From positions 1,408,001 to 1,472,000 of the forward strand of contig CAVOXA010000001.1 of assembly GCA_963700285.1 (NCBI GenBank): 64,000 bases of DNA, in the 5' to 3' direction. A model generated the notes under the pieces. The model was not told the origin of the DNA, made no database searches, and saw nothing but the letters and a program-made list of their open reading frames with translations. Shown here piece by piece: positions 51,205 through 61,293 of the stretch (positions are counted from its first letter, which is position 1; each line of letters opens with the position of its first letter). The position numbers were made by a program, and so were the translations under genes. The DNA comes from an uncultured Chloroflexia bacterium (GTDB lineage: Bacteria > Chloroflexota > Anaerolineae > JAAYZQ01).

Positions 51205-52290
51205 TCACTTCATGTCTATCATGGCCAGTACCTGATCTACAGGCAGTGCTGGCACCGTGACTCCCTGGTAGCCAGTGACAGTACTCGCCACAAAAAGCGA
51301 GTTGTAGATCGCCTCCTCTGTCGCCTCGATGGCAGCCAGGAAGAGCGGGGACATCTTTTCGTTGGGCAAGTCGACATAAGTCGAAATCTTGCTGCGTTTT
51401 GCTGGCGTGCGCCGTACGGCATCCGCTGCTGAGAATGCGATAGCATAGTCACCCGAACCATTGGACATCGATGCGCCTGTACGCGCCAGGCCGGCCAGTG
51501 CGCGGCGAGCAAGGCGCTCTAGATTGCGGTCTGAAAGCGGGGCATCGGTGGCCAGAACCATCATGATTGAGCCGTCCGCCCGGTTCTGCTCCAATAGTTC
51601 TTGCAGGTAGTCCCTGCCCAGTCCCTGTCCGACGGGTACGCCCAAGACCTGGAGCATGCCGCCAAAGTTGGATTGGACCAATACCCCAACGGTATGGGCT
51701 CCGAGCTCTTCCGGGAGCCGGCGTGAACTGGTACCAATCCCTCCTTTCCAGCCAAAGGCTACTGTGCCGGTTCCAGCGCCGACCACGCCCTCGGCAACGG
51801 GTCCCCCTTTCGCTTGCCCGATGGCCTGACCGATGTTGTCGGCAGTGGGTAGCCTGAGCCGGATGTTGTTCAGGCAACTGTCGTTGGTTTCGCCCACGAC
51901 AGGGTTGACCGAAACAATATCACCGTTGCCGGGGTAGGCCAGGGTCCAGTCCAGGATGGCCCCGGCTGCTTGCGCGACGGCCAGTGTGTTGGTCAATACG
52001 ATGGGAGTCTCTATCTCGCCCATCTCTTTGATCTGTGTGCTGCCCATCAGCTTGCCATAGCCGTTGCCAGACACGATCGCTGCCGGGACCTTGTCTTGGT
52101 AGAGGTTGCCGCCATGGGGCAGGATAGCGGTCGCTCCGGTTCGGATATCCTGGCCTTCCACGAGCGTCGCGTGCCCGATGCGCACGCCATTAACGTCAGT
52201 GATGGCGTTCAAAGGCCCAGCCGGCAGGATGCCAGGTATGATCCCAAGTTCCCGGACCCGGGTGCGAGGTTGGTAGGGCGGATTCAGCAT
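51205..52290 (-). CDS. P1 family (DmpA-like) D-aminopeptidase
   Basis: NAITDV, NGYGKLMG, LTNT, PVVGETND, GAGTG, autocleavage DGS, NGSGD. Confidence 0.9.
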   Translation of the reverse strand: MLNPPYQPRTRVRELGIIPGILPAGPLNAITDVNGVRIGHATLVEGQDIRTGATAILPHGGNLYQDKVPAAIVSGNGYGKLMGSTQIKEMGEIETPIVLTNTLAVAQAAGAILDWTLAYPGNGDIVSVNPVVGETNDSCLNNIRLRLPTADNIGQAIGQAKGGPVAEGVVGAGTGTVAFGWKGGIGTSSRRLPEELGAHTVGVLVQSNFGGMLQVLGVPVGQGLGRDYLQELLEQNRADGSIMMVLATDAPLSDRNLERLARRALAGLARTGASMSNGSGDYAIAFSAADAVRRTPAKRSKISTYVDLPNEKMSPLFLAAIEATEEAIYNSLFVASTVTGYQGVTVPALPVDQVLAMIDMK

Positions 52291-52452
52291 CGGAGTCTCC
52301 TTCTGTTTCATGCCCCTTGAGTGGGCATTGTTTCGGGTCGTGAGTCCTGTCACTCATCGGAAAGGCGTCCATAGGGTTATGATAGATCAGAAGACGGACA
52401 GCGTCAACTCTGATGCAGGGCTGCTAGCGTGCCGAGTTCACAAACACAGCTC

Positions 52453-52481
52453 TTGACAAGGCCGGATGCCTGTGCTATACT
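52453..52481 (+). promoter_or_regulatory. sigma70-type promoter for ROK-nagA
   Basis: TTGACA-17nt-TATACT with TG extension. Confidence 0.7.
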
Positions 52482-52532
52482 CTTTTGTAAGTTCAATGGA
52501 CTTACAAATCAGGGTCTGCAAAGGGAAGAGAT

Positions 52533-53944
52533 ATGGCTGCATCGATTAGGCTCCCGAGTCCGGTTTGCGTGCCCCCCTTGGATGAGGGCTTTCGCCCGGC
52601 GGTACTGGCCAACCGGATCTTCTGAAAGAGGTGGAGGACTCGCGCGCCGGGGTGTCTCTGGTCTTTGGGCTGGAGCGCTCCGGCGGCTCTCTGTCCCGTT
52701 TTGAGACAAGCGTCTTCCCCGACGGGCATCCTCGTTCCGAGGCAAACCTGTTCTATGCCGAGCGCATCCTCAAGTTCTTGCTGTGGCAGCGGGGCGGCTG
52801 GAAGGTTTATGTTGGGGGGCCAGTGAGCATCGGTCGCCACATCCAGGCTTGTTATGCAGCGGATGGTGAGCGCGGCTTTGATGCTGCTCTCCTGGGCTCC
52901 AAGATCTACCAGCGACAGTTTACTGTCGTTCCTTGCGCGGCGGCGGACGTGCCCCAGGAGCAGGAGCCCACGCGAGCCCTGGGCCGCCACCTGAATGGTT
53001 GCCGGATAGGTTTTGACCTGGGTGCATCGGACCTCAAAGTATCGGCCGTGGTCGATGGCCAAGCCATCTACAGTGAAGAGATCGTCTGGGAGCCAACTGT
53101 GCAGACCAATCCCCAGTATCACTATGACCACATTGTTGGGGCACTAAAGGTCGCTGCGTCCAAGATGCCCCGTCTGGATGCCATCGGTGGCAGCTCTGCC
53201 GGCGTCTATGTCGATAACCGGCCCATGGCGGCTTCTCTATACCGGGGCATCCCCGAGAGCCGCTATGACGAGATCCACAATATGTTTCTGCGTATCAGCG
53301 CCGAGTTTGGTGTCCCGCTGGAGGTCATCAATGACGGTGAGGTCACGGCCCTGGCCGGTGCGATGGCCCTCGAAGAGAATGGTCTCCCGGGTAAGAGTAT
53401 CCTGGGGATCGCGATGGGTTCGAGCGAGGCTGCAGGCTATGTGGACTCTGAAGGCAAACTTACCGGCTGGTTGAACGAGCTGGCCTTTGCCCCCATCGAC
53501 TATAGCCCCGGTGCTCCGGTGGAGGAATGGTCCGGCGACCAAGGGGTTGGGGCCCGGTATTTCTCACAGCAATGTGTGTTCCGCCTAGCCCCCGAGGTGG
53601 GCATTGAGCTTCCCACCGGGGCGACCAAGGCCGAGATACTCAAGTCCGTCCAGGCCAAGCTGGAGGCAGGTCACGGCGGAGCACGGAAAATCTGGCAGAG
53701 CATGGGCATCTACCTGGGCTATGCCATTGCTGGCTATGCCCAGTTCTATCATCTGAAGCACGTACTGATCTTGGGACGCTGTACATCGGGCAGCGGGGGC
53801 ACCTTGATCCTCGAGGGGGCCAGACAGGTCATCAATGCCGAATTTCCCGAGCTGGCCTCCCAGATCAACATCCAGCTCCCTGATGAGAAGTTCCGGCGCG
53901 TGGGCCAGTCGATTGCCGCAGCAAGCCTGCCGTCACTGGGTTAG
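52533..53944 (+). CDS. ROK family protein with an N-terminal extension (frameshift near 52622)
   Basis: PPLDEGFRPAVLAN, GFDLGASD, INDGEVTALAG, MGSSEAAG, NELAF. Confidence 0.8.
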
Positions 53945-54012
53945 GGGCTGGGCCGAAAGGCCTGCGCCCTCGTCTACAGAGCAGTTTGCACCTCAAGAGG
54001 AGTGGGTTCAAC

Positions 54013-55173
54013 ATGCTATGCATCTGCAACGCAACGGTATATACGCCAGAGCGTCGGATCCAAGATGGAGCTGTGCTCGTCGACGGCACCTGGATCGCGG
54101 CGGTTGGTCCGTCGGGCCAAGTGCCGTGTCCTGAAGGCGCCCAGACCATCGATGCTTCGGGCCTATTGCTGACTCCAGGCTTCATCGATCTGCAGATCAA
54201 TGGCGCTTTTGGGCACGATTTCAACTCCGACCCTGCGTCGATCTGGCCGGCAGCTGCCAAGCTTCCGCGCTATGGCGTTACGGCTTTTTTGCCAACCATC
54301 ATCACCTCGCCGTTGGAGACAGTGACCGCTGCCCAGGATGTGATGGCGGGCTCTGCTCCCGTTCCCGTTGAGGGCGCTGCGCCACTCGGCCTGCACCTCG
54401 AAGGCCCATTCCTGAATCCAGAGAAGAGAGGAGCCCACAATCCGGCCTACCTGCGAAAGCCTGACCTGGCAGATATCGGTGATTGGTCGCCGGAACGGGG
54501 AGTGCGGATGGTGACCCTTGCACCAGAGTTGCCTGGAGCGCTGGATCTGGTGGCAGCCCTCACCGAGAGGGGAGTGGTTGTGAGTGCTGGGCACTCTGCA
54601 GCCACCTACCTCCAGGCTATGTCAGGCATCGAGGCGGGTATCCGCTACGGGACGCACCTTTTCAACGGAATGGCACCATTGTATCACCGTGAGCCCGGGC
54701 TACCTGGGGCCTTGCTGACCGATCCCAGGGTCGTGGCAGGCATGATCGGCGACGGTGTTCACACCCACCCAGCCATGATCAAGCTCGCCTGGCAGGCAGT
54801 GGGTAGCAGCAGGCGACTTTGTCTGGTCAGTGATGCGATAACTGCCTTGGGCATGCCACCTGGTCTTCACTCGTTGGGGGATGGTCAGATCCTTGTGGAT
54901 GACTCCTGCGCGCGGCTGCTGGATGGTACCATGGCGGGCAGCATCGCGGCGCTGGACACCATCCTGCGCAATCTGGTTGCCTTCACGGGATGCTCCCTGG
55001 GGGAGGGACTGGCGACAATTACATCGACGCCGGCGGCAGTGCTGGGACTGGGAGCTGAGCGGGGCAGTATCGCCCCGCGCCGTGTGGCTGACCTGGTATT
55101 GCTTACCCCTGATCTGCATGTCCACACCACCGTGGCAGCCGGCAGGATTGCCTATCGGTCGCAGGAGGCCTGA
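54013..55173 (+). CDS. nagA: N-acetylglucosamine-6-phosphate deacetylase
   Basis: PGFIDLQING, PTIITS, HLEGPF, GAH, TLAPE, GHS, THLFNGM, DGVH, VSDA. Confidence 0.92.
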   Translation: MLCICNATVYTPERRIQDGAVLVDGTWIAAVGPSGQVPCPEGAQTIDASGLLLTPGFIDLQINGAFGHDFNSDPASIWPAAAKLPRYGVTAFLPTIITSPLETVTAAQDVMAGSAPVPVEGAAPLGLHLEGPFLNPEKRGAHNPAYLRKPDLADIGDWSPERGVRMVTLAPELPGALDLVAALTERGVVVSAGHSAATYLQAMSGIEAGIRYGTHLFNGMAPLYHREPGLPGALLTDPRVVAGMIGDGVHTHPAMIKLAWQAVGSSRRLCLVSDAITALGMPPGLHSLGDGQILVDDSCARLLDGTMAGSIAALDTILRNLVAFTGCSLGEGLATITSTPAAVLGLGAERGSIAPRRVADLVLLTPDLHVHTTVAAGRIAYRSQEA

Positions 55174-55275
55174 CCCAACGCCACCCATACCCTCCGAGTA
55201 TCTGGACATTCGATCCCGGCCGGTGGGCAGGTCAATCAACCGGTTGAGCGGGGGCATTCAGCCTTTGCTTACGTT

Positions 55276-55626
55276 TTACAAGGTGAGGGAGGCTTTGGGG
55301 GACAAGGTGAAAACGGGGGCATGGTGGTGGCGCAACCAGCGCTGGTCAGAGCGTTCACCCACATCCGACCAGCGTGATTTTTGGGGGCGGGCTTCATCCA
55401 CTCTCAGTTGACGACCATCCAGCGGCTGTCCATTGAGCGCGCCGATAGCGGCGGCTGCGTCGTCGTCGCTCTCCATCTCGACAAAAGCAAAGCCCCTCGG
55501 GCGCCCGCTATAGCGGTCTGTGACGATATTGACCGTGGTCACTTCGCCATAAGCTGCGAAGGCGGCTCGAAGCGTTTCCTCGGTCGTATCATAGCTGAGG
55601 TTGCCGATATAGATATGCTTGGCCAT
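55276..55626 (-). CDS. RRM RNA-binding protein
   Basis: RNP2 IYIGNL, RNP1 RGFAFVEM, LRVDEARP; AAGGAG RBS. Confidence 0.92.
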   Translation of the reverse strand: MAKHIYIGNLSYDTTEETLRAAFAAYGEVTTVNIVTDRYSGRPRGFAFVEMESDDDAAAAIGALNGQPLDGRQLRVDEARPQKSRWSDVGERSDQRWLRHHHAPVFTLSPKASLTL

Positions 55627-55911
55627 TTGTTCGTCTCCTTGCCTCGTGATCTGCATGCTTTCTAGCTGCGATGCCTGCAGGCCCTTGGGGCCTAGTTCAG
55701 TGGAGGCTATTCTTGACAGTCCGAACTCCGGCCCAGCTATAGTAGCTTTCCTGTTGTGAGCGCTGTGTCTTCCGAAGCTGAGCGTCACGAGCCCTGTGGG
55801 GGACTGGCACAGAGAAACTCAAGGGAACCAGATCGAAAGAGTGCCCGGACTGTAAGTCCGGGCACTTGCTCACTTGAACTGACTCGGGATCTTGCCTAGC
55901 CCTGTTGTGAG

Positions 55912-55940
55912 AGTATACCGGTCTTCTTTGATATAGCCAA
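55912..55940 (-). promoter_or_regulatory. sigma70-type promoter giving an approximately 280-nt leader to the RRM gene
   Basis: TTGGCT-17nt-TATACT; leader hairpin AGTGCCCGGAC-TGTAA-GTCCGGGCACT at 55840-55866. Confidence 0.5.
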
Positions 55941-56089
55941 GTTGGAAAGCACACCTTCGTACGGGACCCGATTCCGCATCGCCAGGGAATCGGCCTTGCA
56001 GTGGGTGTTTTCTCGGCCCAGCGGCGAAAGGTTGCGCCCGCATGACCCCTGACAGGGATGAACCCCCATAGTGCGGCGTGCCCTCGGGC

Positions 56090-57271
56090 CTAGAGCAGAT
56101 AGTGCGCCAGCACTTGTGCCAGGGTAGCTACCCCCAAAGGCAACGCGTCCTCGTCGATGTCGAAACGTGGATTGTGGTGCGGGGCATCGGTCCCGCGCTC
56201 CGCATTGCCAGAACCGACAAAAAAGTAGCAACCGGGTATCTCTTGCATAAAGAGGGCGGCGTCCTCGCTGCCCATTGTCCGGTGGTCGCTTATCACATTC
56301 TCCGCGCCCACTACCGCTTCGGCTGCTGCCAACACTACTTCTGTGACGCTGCTGTCGTTGATGACGGCTGGGGTACCGGCTGCGATCTCTACTTCAACCC
56401 TGGCGCCACATGCCGCAGCCACACCATCGATTACCTCGCGCATCCGCCGCCATACCAGCTCCTGAACCTCCGGGCTGAAGGTCCGGATCGAACCTTCCAT
56501 CTTGACCTGGGGCGGAATGATGTTGAGTGCTGTGCCGCCGTGTATCGAGCCAATGGACACAACGGCTGTCTCAAGGGGGCCGACATTGCGGCTGACAATA
56601 GTCTGCAGAGCGTTCACTATCTGGGCTGAGGCGACAATGGGGTCTACCGTCTGGTGGGGGGCCGCGCCATGACCACCTACACCGTGTACCGTGCAGGAAA
56701 ACTCGTCTGCTGCGGCCATGACTGGACCTGCTTTGGCGGCGATGGAGCCTATCGGCAACTCACTGAAGACATGAACGGACAGAAAGACGTCAGGACGAGG
56801 GTCTTCCAAGACACCCTCCTGTACCATGCCCCTTGCCCCCCCCAGTCCCTCTTCGGCAGGCTGGAAGATCAGTTTGAGCGTGCCTTTCATTTCTTCACGG
56901 TGCTGTGCCATGATCGTTGCCACGCCCAACCCCATCGCCATGTGGGCGTCGTGGCCGCAGGCATGCATTACTCCCGGGTTCTGTGATGCATAGTCGACCT
57001 CATTCTCCTCGCTGACGGGCAGTGCGTCCATGTCAAATCTGGCCATGGCTACCGGTCCCGGGCCCTTGCCTTCCATGAGACCCACTACTCCCGTTTGGGC
57101 CACACCCATCTGCACCTGATAGCCCAACTCGTCCAATCGTGCGGCGATCACCTCTGCCGATCGGTACTCCTGGAAGCTCAGCTCCGGATGCATATGAAAA
57201 CCCCGTCGCCAGGCGACCAGCTCATTGCGAAGCGCCTCCGCCTCGCTCTTGAAATCCGCAACGTCCGACAT
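56090..57271 (-). CDS. M20 family amidohydrolase
   Basis: HMHPELSFQE, RFDMDALP, MHACGHD, FQPAEE, GGHGA, SEDA, HHNPRF. Confidence 0.92.
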   Translation of the reverse strand: MSDVADFKSEAEALRNELVAWRRGFHMHPELSFQEYRSAEVIAARLDELGYQVQMGVAQTGVVGLMEGKGPGPVAMARFDMDALPVSEENEVDYASQNPGVMHACGHDAHMAMGLGVATIMAQHREEMKGTLKLIFQPAEEGLGGARGMVQEGVLEDPRPDVFLSVHVFSELPIGSIAAKAGPVMAAADEFSCTVHGVGGHGAAPHQTVDPIVASAQIVNALQTIVSRNVGPLETAVVSIGSIHGGTALNIIPPQVKMEGSIRTFSPEVQELVWRRMREVIDGVAAACGARVEVEIAAGTPAVINDSSVTEVVLAAAEAVVGAENVISDHRTMGSEDAALFMQEIPGCYFFVGSGNAERGTDAPHHNPRFDIDEDALPLGVATLAQVLAHYLL

Positions 57272-57357
57272 TCTGTATCTCCTTTTTTTCGCGCAATGTA
57301 GAGGATCTAGGAACAGCCGAGGATCTGGGCAAGATCCCCGGCAAAGTGACATGGTCG

Positions 57358-58329
57358 CTATGGAATCCAGCGAAAGGTTAGATAGAAACTGGTGTGGAAG
57401 GTAAAGTCGGGGTGTTCCACTGTACCCATCCCCATTCCGGTGACGCGGTCGCTAGGGGCACCGCCTCCCACAAACGAGTCGTAGCTTCCCAGTGTATTGA
57501 ACATGGGAAAGTCGGCTCCCCATTCAGGCGGCGGGCCGGGCTTGACAAAGATGGTCAGATCTCCGCCCGGCCACTCGACGATCACCGGCTGGCCCGTTGC
57601 ACGCTCCCCATTTTCGTCCAAGACCTCGAAAAAGATGTTGTGCCGGCCGACCGACTCGATGGGGTCTGCCCATTGGGCCGCCACCAGGCGCCAGTGTGGC
57701 TGGCCTGGTTCTATGGGGGCAGGCTGGAGCGTGACACCCAGGTCATCCAATCGTGGGTCCCAATCGCGGGGAGGAAGATCTGAGGAATGCTCTCTGAGGA
57801 CAAGGGGCAGCGTGGCCGAACAAAGGTTGGCACAGGTGGTTATACGGGCAGTGCCACTGGCTCCTTCTGCTGTTGTAACTTGTACCTGGTTGGTCAGCGG
57901 CCCTGTGTAGCCCTCTGTGACTGTGACTACCAGCGTGTGCGTCCAGGCGCCGCCTGGCTTGATGAGGGCAGTCCATGCCTGGTGCCCACTGGCTGTGACC
58001 TGTGCCGGAAGCACGTCCGTGATGGTGGCTGTGAGAGTTACCCCACCCGTGTTTGTGATCTGCAAGGTATAGGTCAACTGCGCGCCATCCAGCACCGGTT
58101 GTGGGCTGGCCGTCTTGGCGACTTCCAGCGAGGCCAAAGACCTGCCAGCACCCCACACTGGGGCCGCCAGAAGGGGGCCGGTGGAGACATCAAAGCTGCG
58201 TTGCTTGACAGTTTGAACAGCCGGCGCAGCAGCCTGAGTGGCAGAAATCGAGATGAGGACAAGCATAGTCATCGATATCGCCAGACTTGAGATCAGGGCT
58301 AGTGCTATCTTTTGGCTTGACTTGGCCAT
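57358..58329 (-). CDS. secreted DUF11-domain protein
   Basis: Signal peptide, KTAS...LTYTLQITNTG...ITDVLP, TLPLVLR motif, DWDPRL C-terminal domain. Confidence 0.7.
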   Translation of the reverse strand: MAKSSQKIALALISSLAISMTMLVLISISATQAAAPAVQTVKQRSFDVSTGPLLAAPVWGAGRSLASLEVAKTASPQPVLDGAQLTYTLQITNTGGVTLTATITDVLPAQVTASGHQAWTALIKPGGAWTHTLVVTVTEGYTGPLTNQVQVTTAEGASGTARITTCANLCSATLPLVLREHSSDLPPRDWDPRLDDLGVTLQPAPIEPGQPHWRLVAAQWADPIESVGRHNIFFEVLDENGERATGQPVIVEWPGGDLTIFVKPGPPPEWGADFPMFNTLGSYDSFVGGGAPSDRVTGMGMGTVEHPDFTFHTSFYLTFRWIP

Positions 58330-58620
58330 GTTTCCTCCTCTGCATCGATGAGCGCGTAACCTGGACCCAGGGGCGTAGTTGCATTCTATCGTAGATCTCT
58401 GGCAATGTCAATCTGACCCGCAGGACCGCAAATACTTCTGTCACAGCCCGAAATAACTGAAATCATCGATTTAGGATAGAAAAAACCAAAAGAAGTGGCT
58501 TTTGATCTCATAAAACATAGTATCGCCATTTGCACGCCGTTATGCGTAGGTTCTCATCAGAAAAAGGTTATAGACCCAAGGTCCCGTCAGAATCAGCCCT
58601 AATATCCTCCCTACGGAGCA

Positions 58621-58649
58621 TGGCAATCGGGACGAAGCTATGGTACACT
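58621..58649 (+). promoter_or_regulatory. sigma70-type promoter for HTH gene 1
   Basis: TGGCAA-17nt-TACACT with TG extension. Confidence 0.45.
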
Positions 58650-58726
58650 CGGATGCATAGGTATGAGACGATATCATTCATTATACCCAGAGATGGGTGA
58701 CTAGTCACTAAAAAGGAGGAGTTATC

Positions 58727-58921
58727 ATGGCAAGCGAACTGAGGCTTTTCACGGCCAAGGAGGCAGCGGCATATCTGCGGGTCAGCCCTTTCACCCTGCG
58801 CAAGATGGAAGAAATGGGCATGATCGTGCCTTATCGCACTCCCGGGGGACACCGACGCTATAGCCTGGACATGCTAAACGAGTATCTGGAGGAAAGCCGC
58901 GTCTTTCCGTCATCCCAGTAG
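58727..58921 (+). CDS. small MerR/BldC/excisionase-like DNA-binding protein, copy 1
   Basis: T.KEAA.YLRVSPFTLRK...RTPGGHRRY; AAGGAGG RBS. Confidence 0.85.
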   Translation: MASELRLFTAKEAAAYLRVSPFTLRKMEEMGMIVPYRTPGGHRRYSLDMLNEYLEESRVFPSSQ

Positions 58922-58998
58922 AGCGTGCCTGCTACCACGGGGGCCGGGCAAAGGCAAAGCAACAACCTCTTCTTTGCAGGTACATGCTTTGTAGGTAC

Positions 58999-59046
58999 CA
59001 AGAGCCCTGGGTCTGGCGTGGTGCTGTGCCGGACCCAGGGCTCTTG
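58999..59046 (+). terminator. strong hairpin downstream of HTH gene 1
   Basis: CAAGAGCCCTGGGTCTGGC...GCCGGACCCAGGGCTCTTG. Confidence 0.55.
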
Positions 59047-59222
59047 TTCGGGCCTTGGCTGCTCAGGCCCCACGAGGCTGTCGCACACGAGTTGTGGATG
59101 ATGTCTACGGAGCCGACGCGTCGGTCTGGTGAACCCCAAACACGTCTCCCTCAGTATCTTGGCAGCAGGCTTGATAGCCTACCTCTGGGACACTTGGGCT
59201 GGATAATCCTAGCGCCGGCAGC

Positions 59223-59468
59223 CTAGAGCTTGGCCAACACCTCGTCGATCGAGCCTCCCTGGCCGTAATCCAGTTGCTGGCCTTGGGATCGATACGCCTC
59301 AGCAGCGCGCCAGTGGTGCCCGGCCCTACATTTGGGTCGGTTGTGATCAGCCAGTAATCCACCGCCCATCCCACTTTGTATCTCCTAGTTGAATGCCTCG
59401 CGACAGAATCCGGCAGCTCGCTCTGGATCCGCTGCACTGATCTCAAAAGGGATGATTCTTGGCATCAT
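59223..59468 (-). pseudogene. VOC/glyoxalase family pseudogene
   Basis: MPRIIPFEISAADPERAAGFCREAFN-stop-EIQ, then shifted DYWLITT..PG..GALLRR and SIDEVLAKL-stop. Confidence 0.7.
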
Positions 59469-59574
59469 GTCCTCGGCCTCAACGACATGAAACTCACTGA
59501 ATAGACCATTTCTGCAACCTTTTCAGTGTTTCGGCGTATAGTGGGTTGAAATCAGACGAAAGGGGGGTGTTGCC

Positions 59575-59769
59575 ATGGCAATAGAGGTTAGGCTCTTGAC
59601 GGCCAAGGAAGCGGCCGACTACTTGCGGGTCAGCCCTTTCACGCTGCGCAAAATGGAGCGCATGGGCATGCTGGTACCGTACCGCACGCCAGGCGGCCAC
59701 CGGCGCTATAGCCTGGACATGCTGAACGAATATCTTGAAAACAGCCGCGTCCAGCCCTATCTGGTGTAG
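59575..59769 (+). CDS. small MerR/BldC/excisionase-like DNA-binding protein, copy 2
   Basis: 53/64 aa identical to copy 1. Confidence 0.85.
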   Translation: MAIEVRLLTAKEAADYLRVSPFTLRKMERMGMLVPYRTPGGHRRYSLDMLNEYLENSRVQPYLV

Positions 59770-59770
59770 G

Positions 59771-59820
59771 GCACCCAGACCGGTCCTCCGGCTACCGCTT
59801 GCAGGACCGGTTTGGGTGTC
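59771..59820. terminator. hairpin between convergent HTH2 and ScyD/E genes
   Basis: GCACCCAGACCGGTCCT...AGGACCGGTTTGGGTGT. Confidence 0.5.
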
Positions 59821-59930
59821 CTCTGGCTGCATTGGGCAAGCCAGAGTGTTTCGAAAGAAGGATATGCAGAGAGAGGCGACACCCGACCGGGTGCCGCCTC
59901 ATGTCTACCATCGTTTTTTGTGCTCTGCCG

Positions 59931-61194
59931 CTAGTTGCGGCCCTCCTGGCCAGCGGTCAGCCTCCGACCCAGGAACAACCCTGCAGCCGCGAGCCCGACA
60001 CCGCCCACGACGAGGATCCAAGCACTGTTGAGAGGCGTGCCACCCGTCTGCGGTACGTTTTCTGGTGCCGCGCCGGCAGAAGCGACCTGCCCTTCCAAGG
60101 AGGTCACACCTGTGAACAGGACCAACTCGCCAGAGCCAGGGGCGCCGACGCCGTTGGTCGTGACGTAGGCGTCACCTGCCGTCGTAAAGTCGATGGAGGT
60201 CGGGAATGACAAGCCACTGAGTACGGCTTCAGAAGCGCCCCCCTCCTTGATGCGGAGGATGGCGCCGCTGTTGGGGACGGGGCCCTGTTCAGTAAACTGG
60301 CCCATCTGCACGGCGTACAGCTGCCCATCAGGACCACTGCGCAAGTCGGTGATCATTGTCAACCCGGTCGCATAATCGCTGACCTGGCCATCGGCCGTCA
60401 CCTTTACCACCTTGGCTGAACCAGGCAGGAAGGGAAAGCCTGGCAGCAGCGAGACGTACATGTTGCCATCCCCGTCAAAGGCTACCGCAGTGGGCACCGG
60501 GTCCGTCTCCATAGCGCCGCCCCGTTCTGGATTGGGGAAGGGCCCTGGCAACCCGCCAAAGACGGCTACCAGATCCACCTGACCACTGCTGGGATCCACT
60601 TTGAGGAGCGTATTCCCACCAGCGTCAGCCACATACAGGCTTTCGTCCGGTCCGGCCGTGATGCCGTAGGGGTGCGAGTCCAGGATATTGGGGTCCGGGT
60701 TCTGCGCCTTCTCCAGCTCCCATAGTTCTGGCTACCTCGGTTGCCGCGCCGTCCTCGATCTTGACCACGGCGGCAGTGTTGGGCAGCGCCTCGTCGCTGA
60801 CAACCCCCAACCAGATGCCGCTTGTGGCATATACTGTGCCGTCCAGCAGCGCCAGGCGGGCGCCGCCGGTTGCCTCCTGGCCGACCAGGATCGAAGGCAA
60901 CGACGCGGCGACGGTCTGACTGCCATCGCTGGCAATCACGACCACGCGTGCCGAATCACCGATCTTGGCCGTGACCTCTTCCCCCGTCTCAGGATTCACA
61001 AAGGGGATATCGTCTTCGCCGCCAACGCCCGAGTCGATGACCCACACGCTTCCATCGGCGGCGACCAGTACACCCTGGGGGGCGTTGAACCCCCCGGCTA
61101 TCGTTGTGCCCCCGCCTTGGGCGCCAGCCACACTGGCCACCAAAAGGACCAGAACCAGCGCCAACCCTGTTACAGAAATTGTCTTCTTGCTCAT
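59931..61194 (-). CDS. ScyD/ScyE-family secreted beta-propeller with an LPxTG-like sorting signal (frameshift near 60730)
   Basis: Signal peptide; NPDP..DSHPYG, YVADAGGN, DPVPT, LLPGFPF; C-terminal VPQTG + TM + RR. Confidence 0.8.
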
Positions 61195-61293
61195 TTGTTT
61201 TCTCCTAAGGCTAATTTTTGGTATTCTATCCAGCCTTCTGAAGCCATGCGAACCTGGTTCGCCCAATGGCTTTGGAAGGTTGGGTTTGACCCT

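Noticed and set aside
52620-52630. Selenocysteine TGA in the ROK N-terminus
   Set aside because: The downstream coding sequence is in a different frame; this is an indel, not readthrough.
58727-59769. IS607 or prophage excisionase remnants
   Set aside because: No serine recombinase domain, tnpB, integrase, att site or tRNA nearby; both genes have clean RBS and stops.
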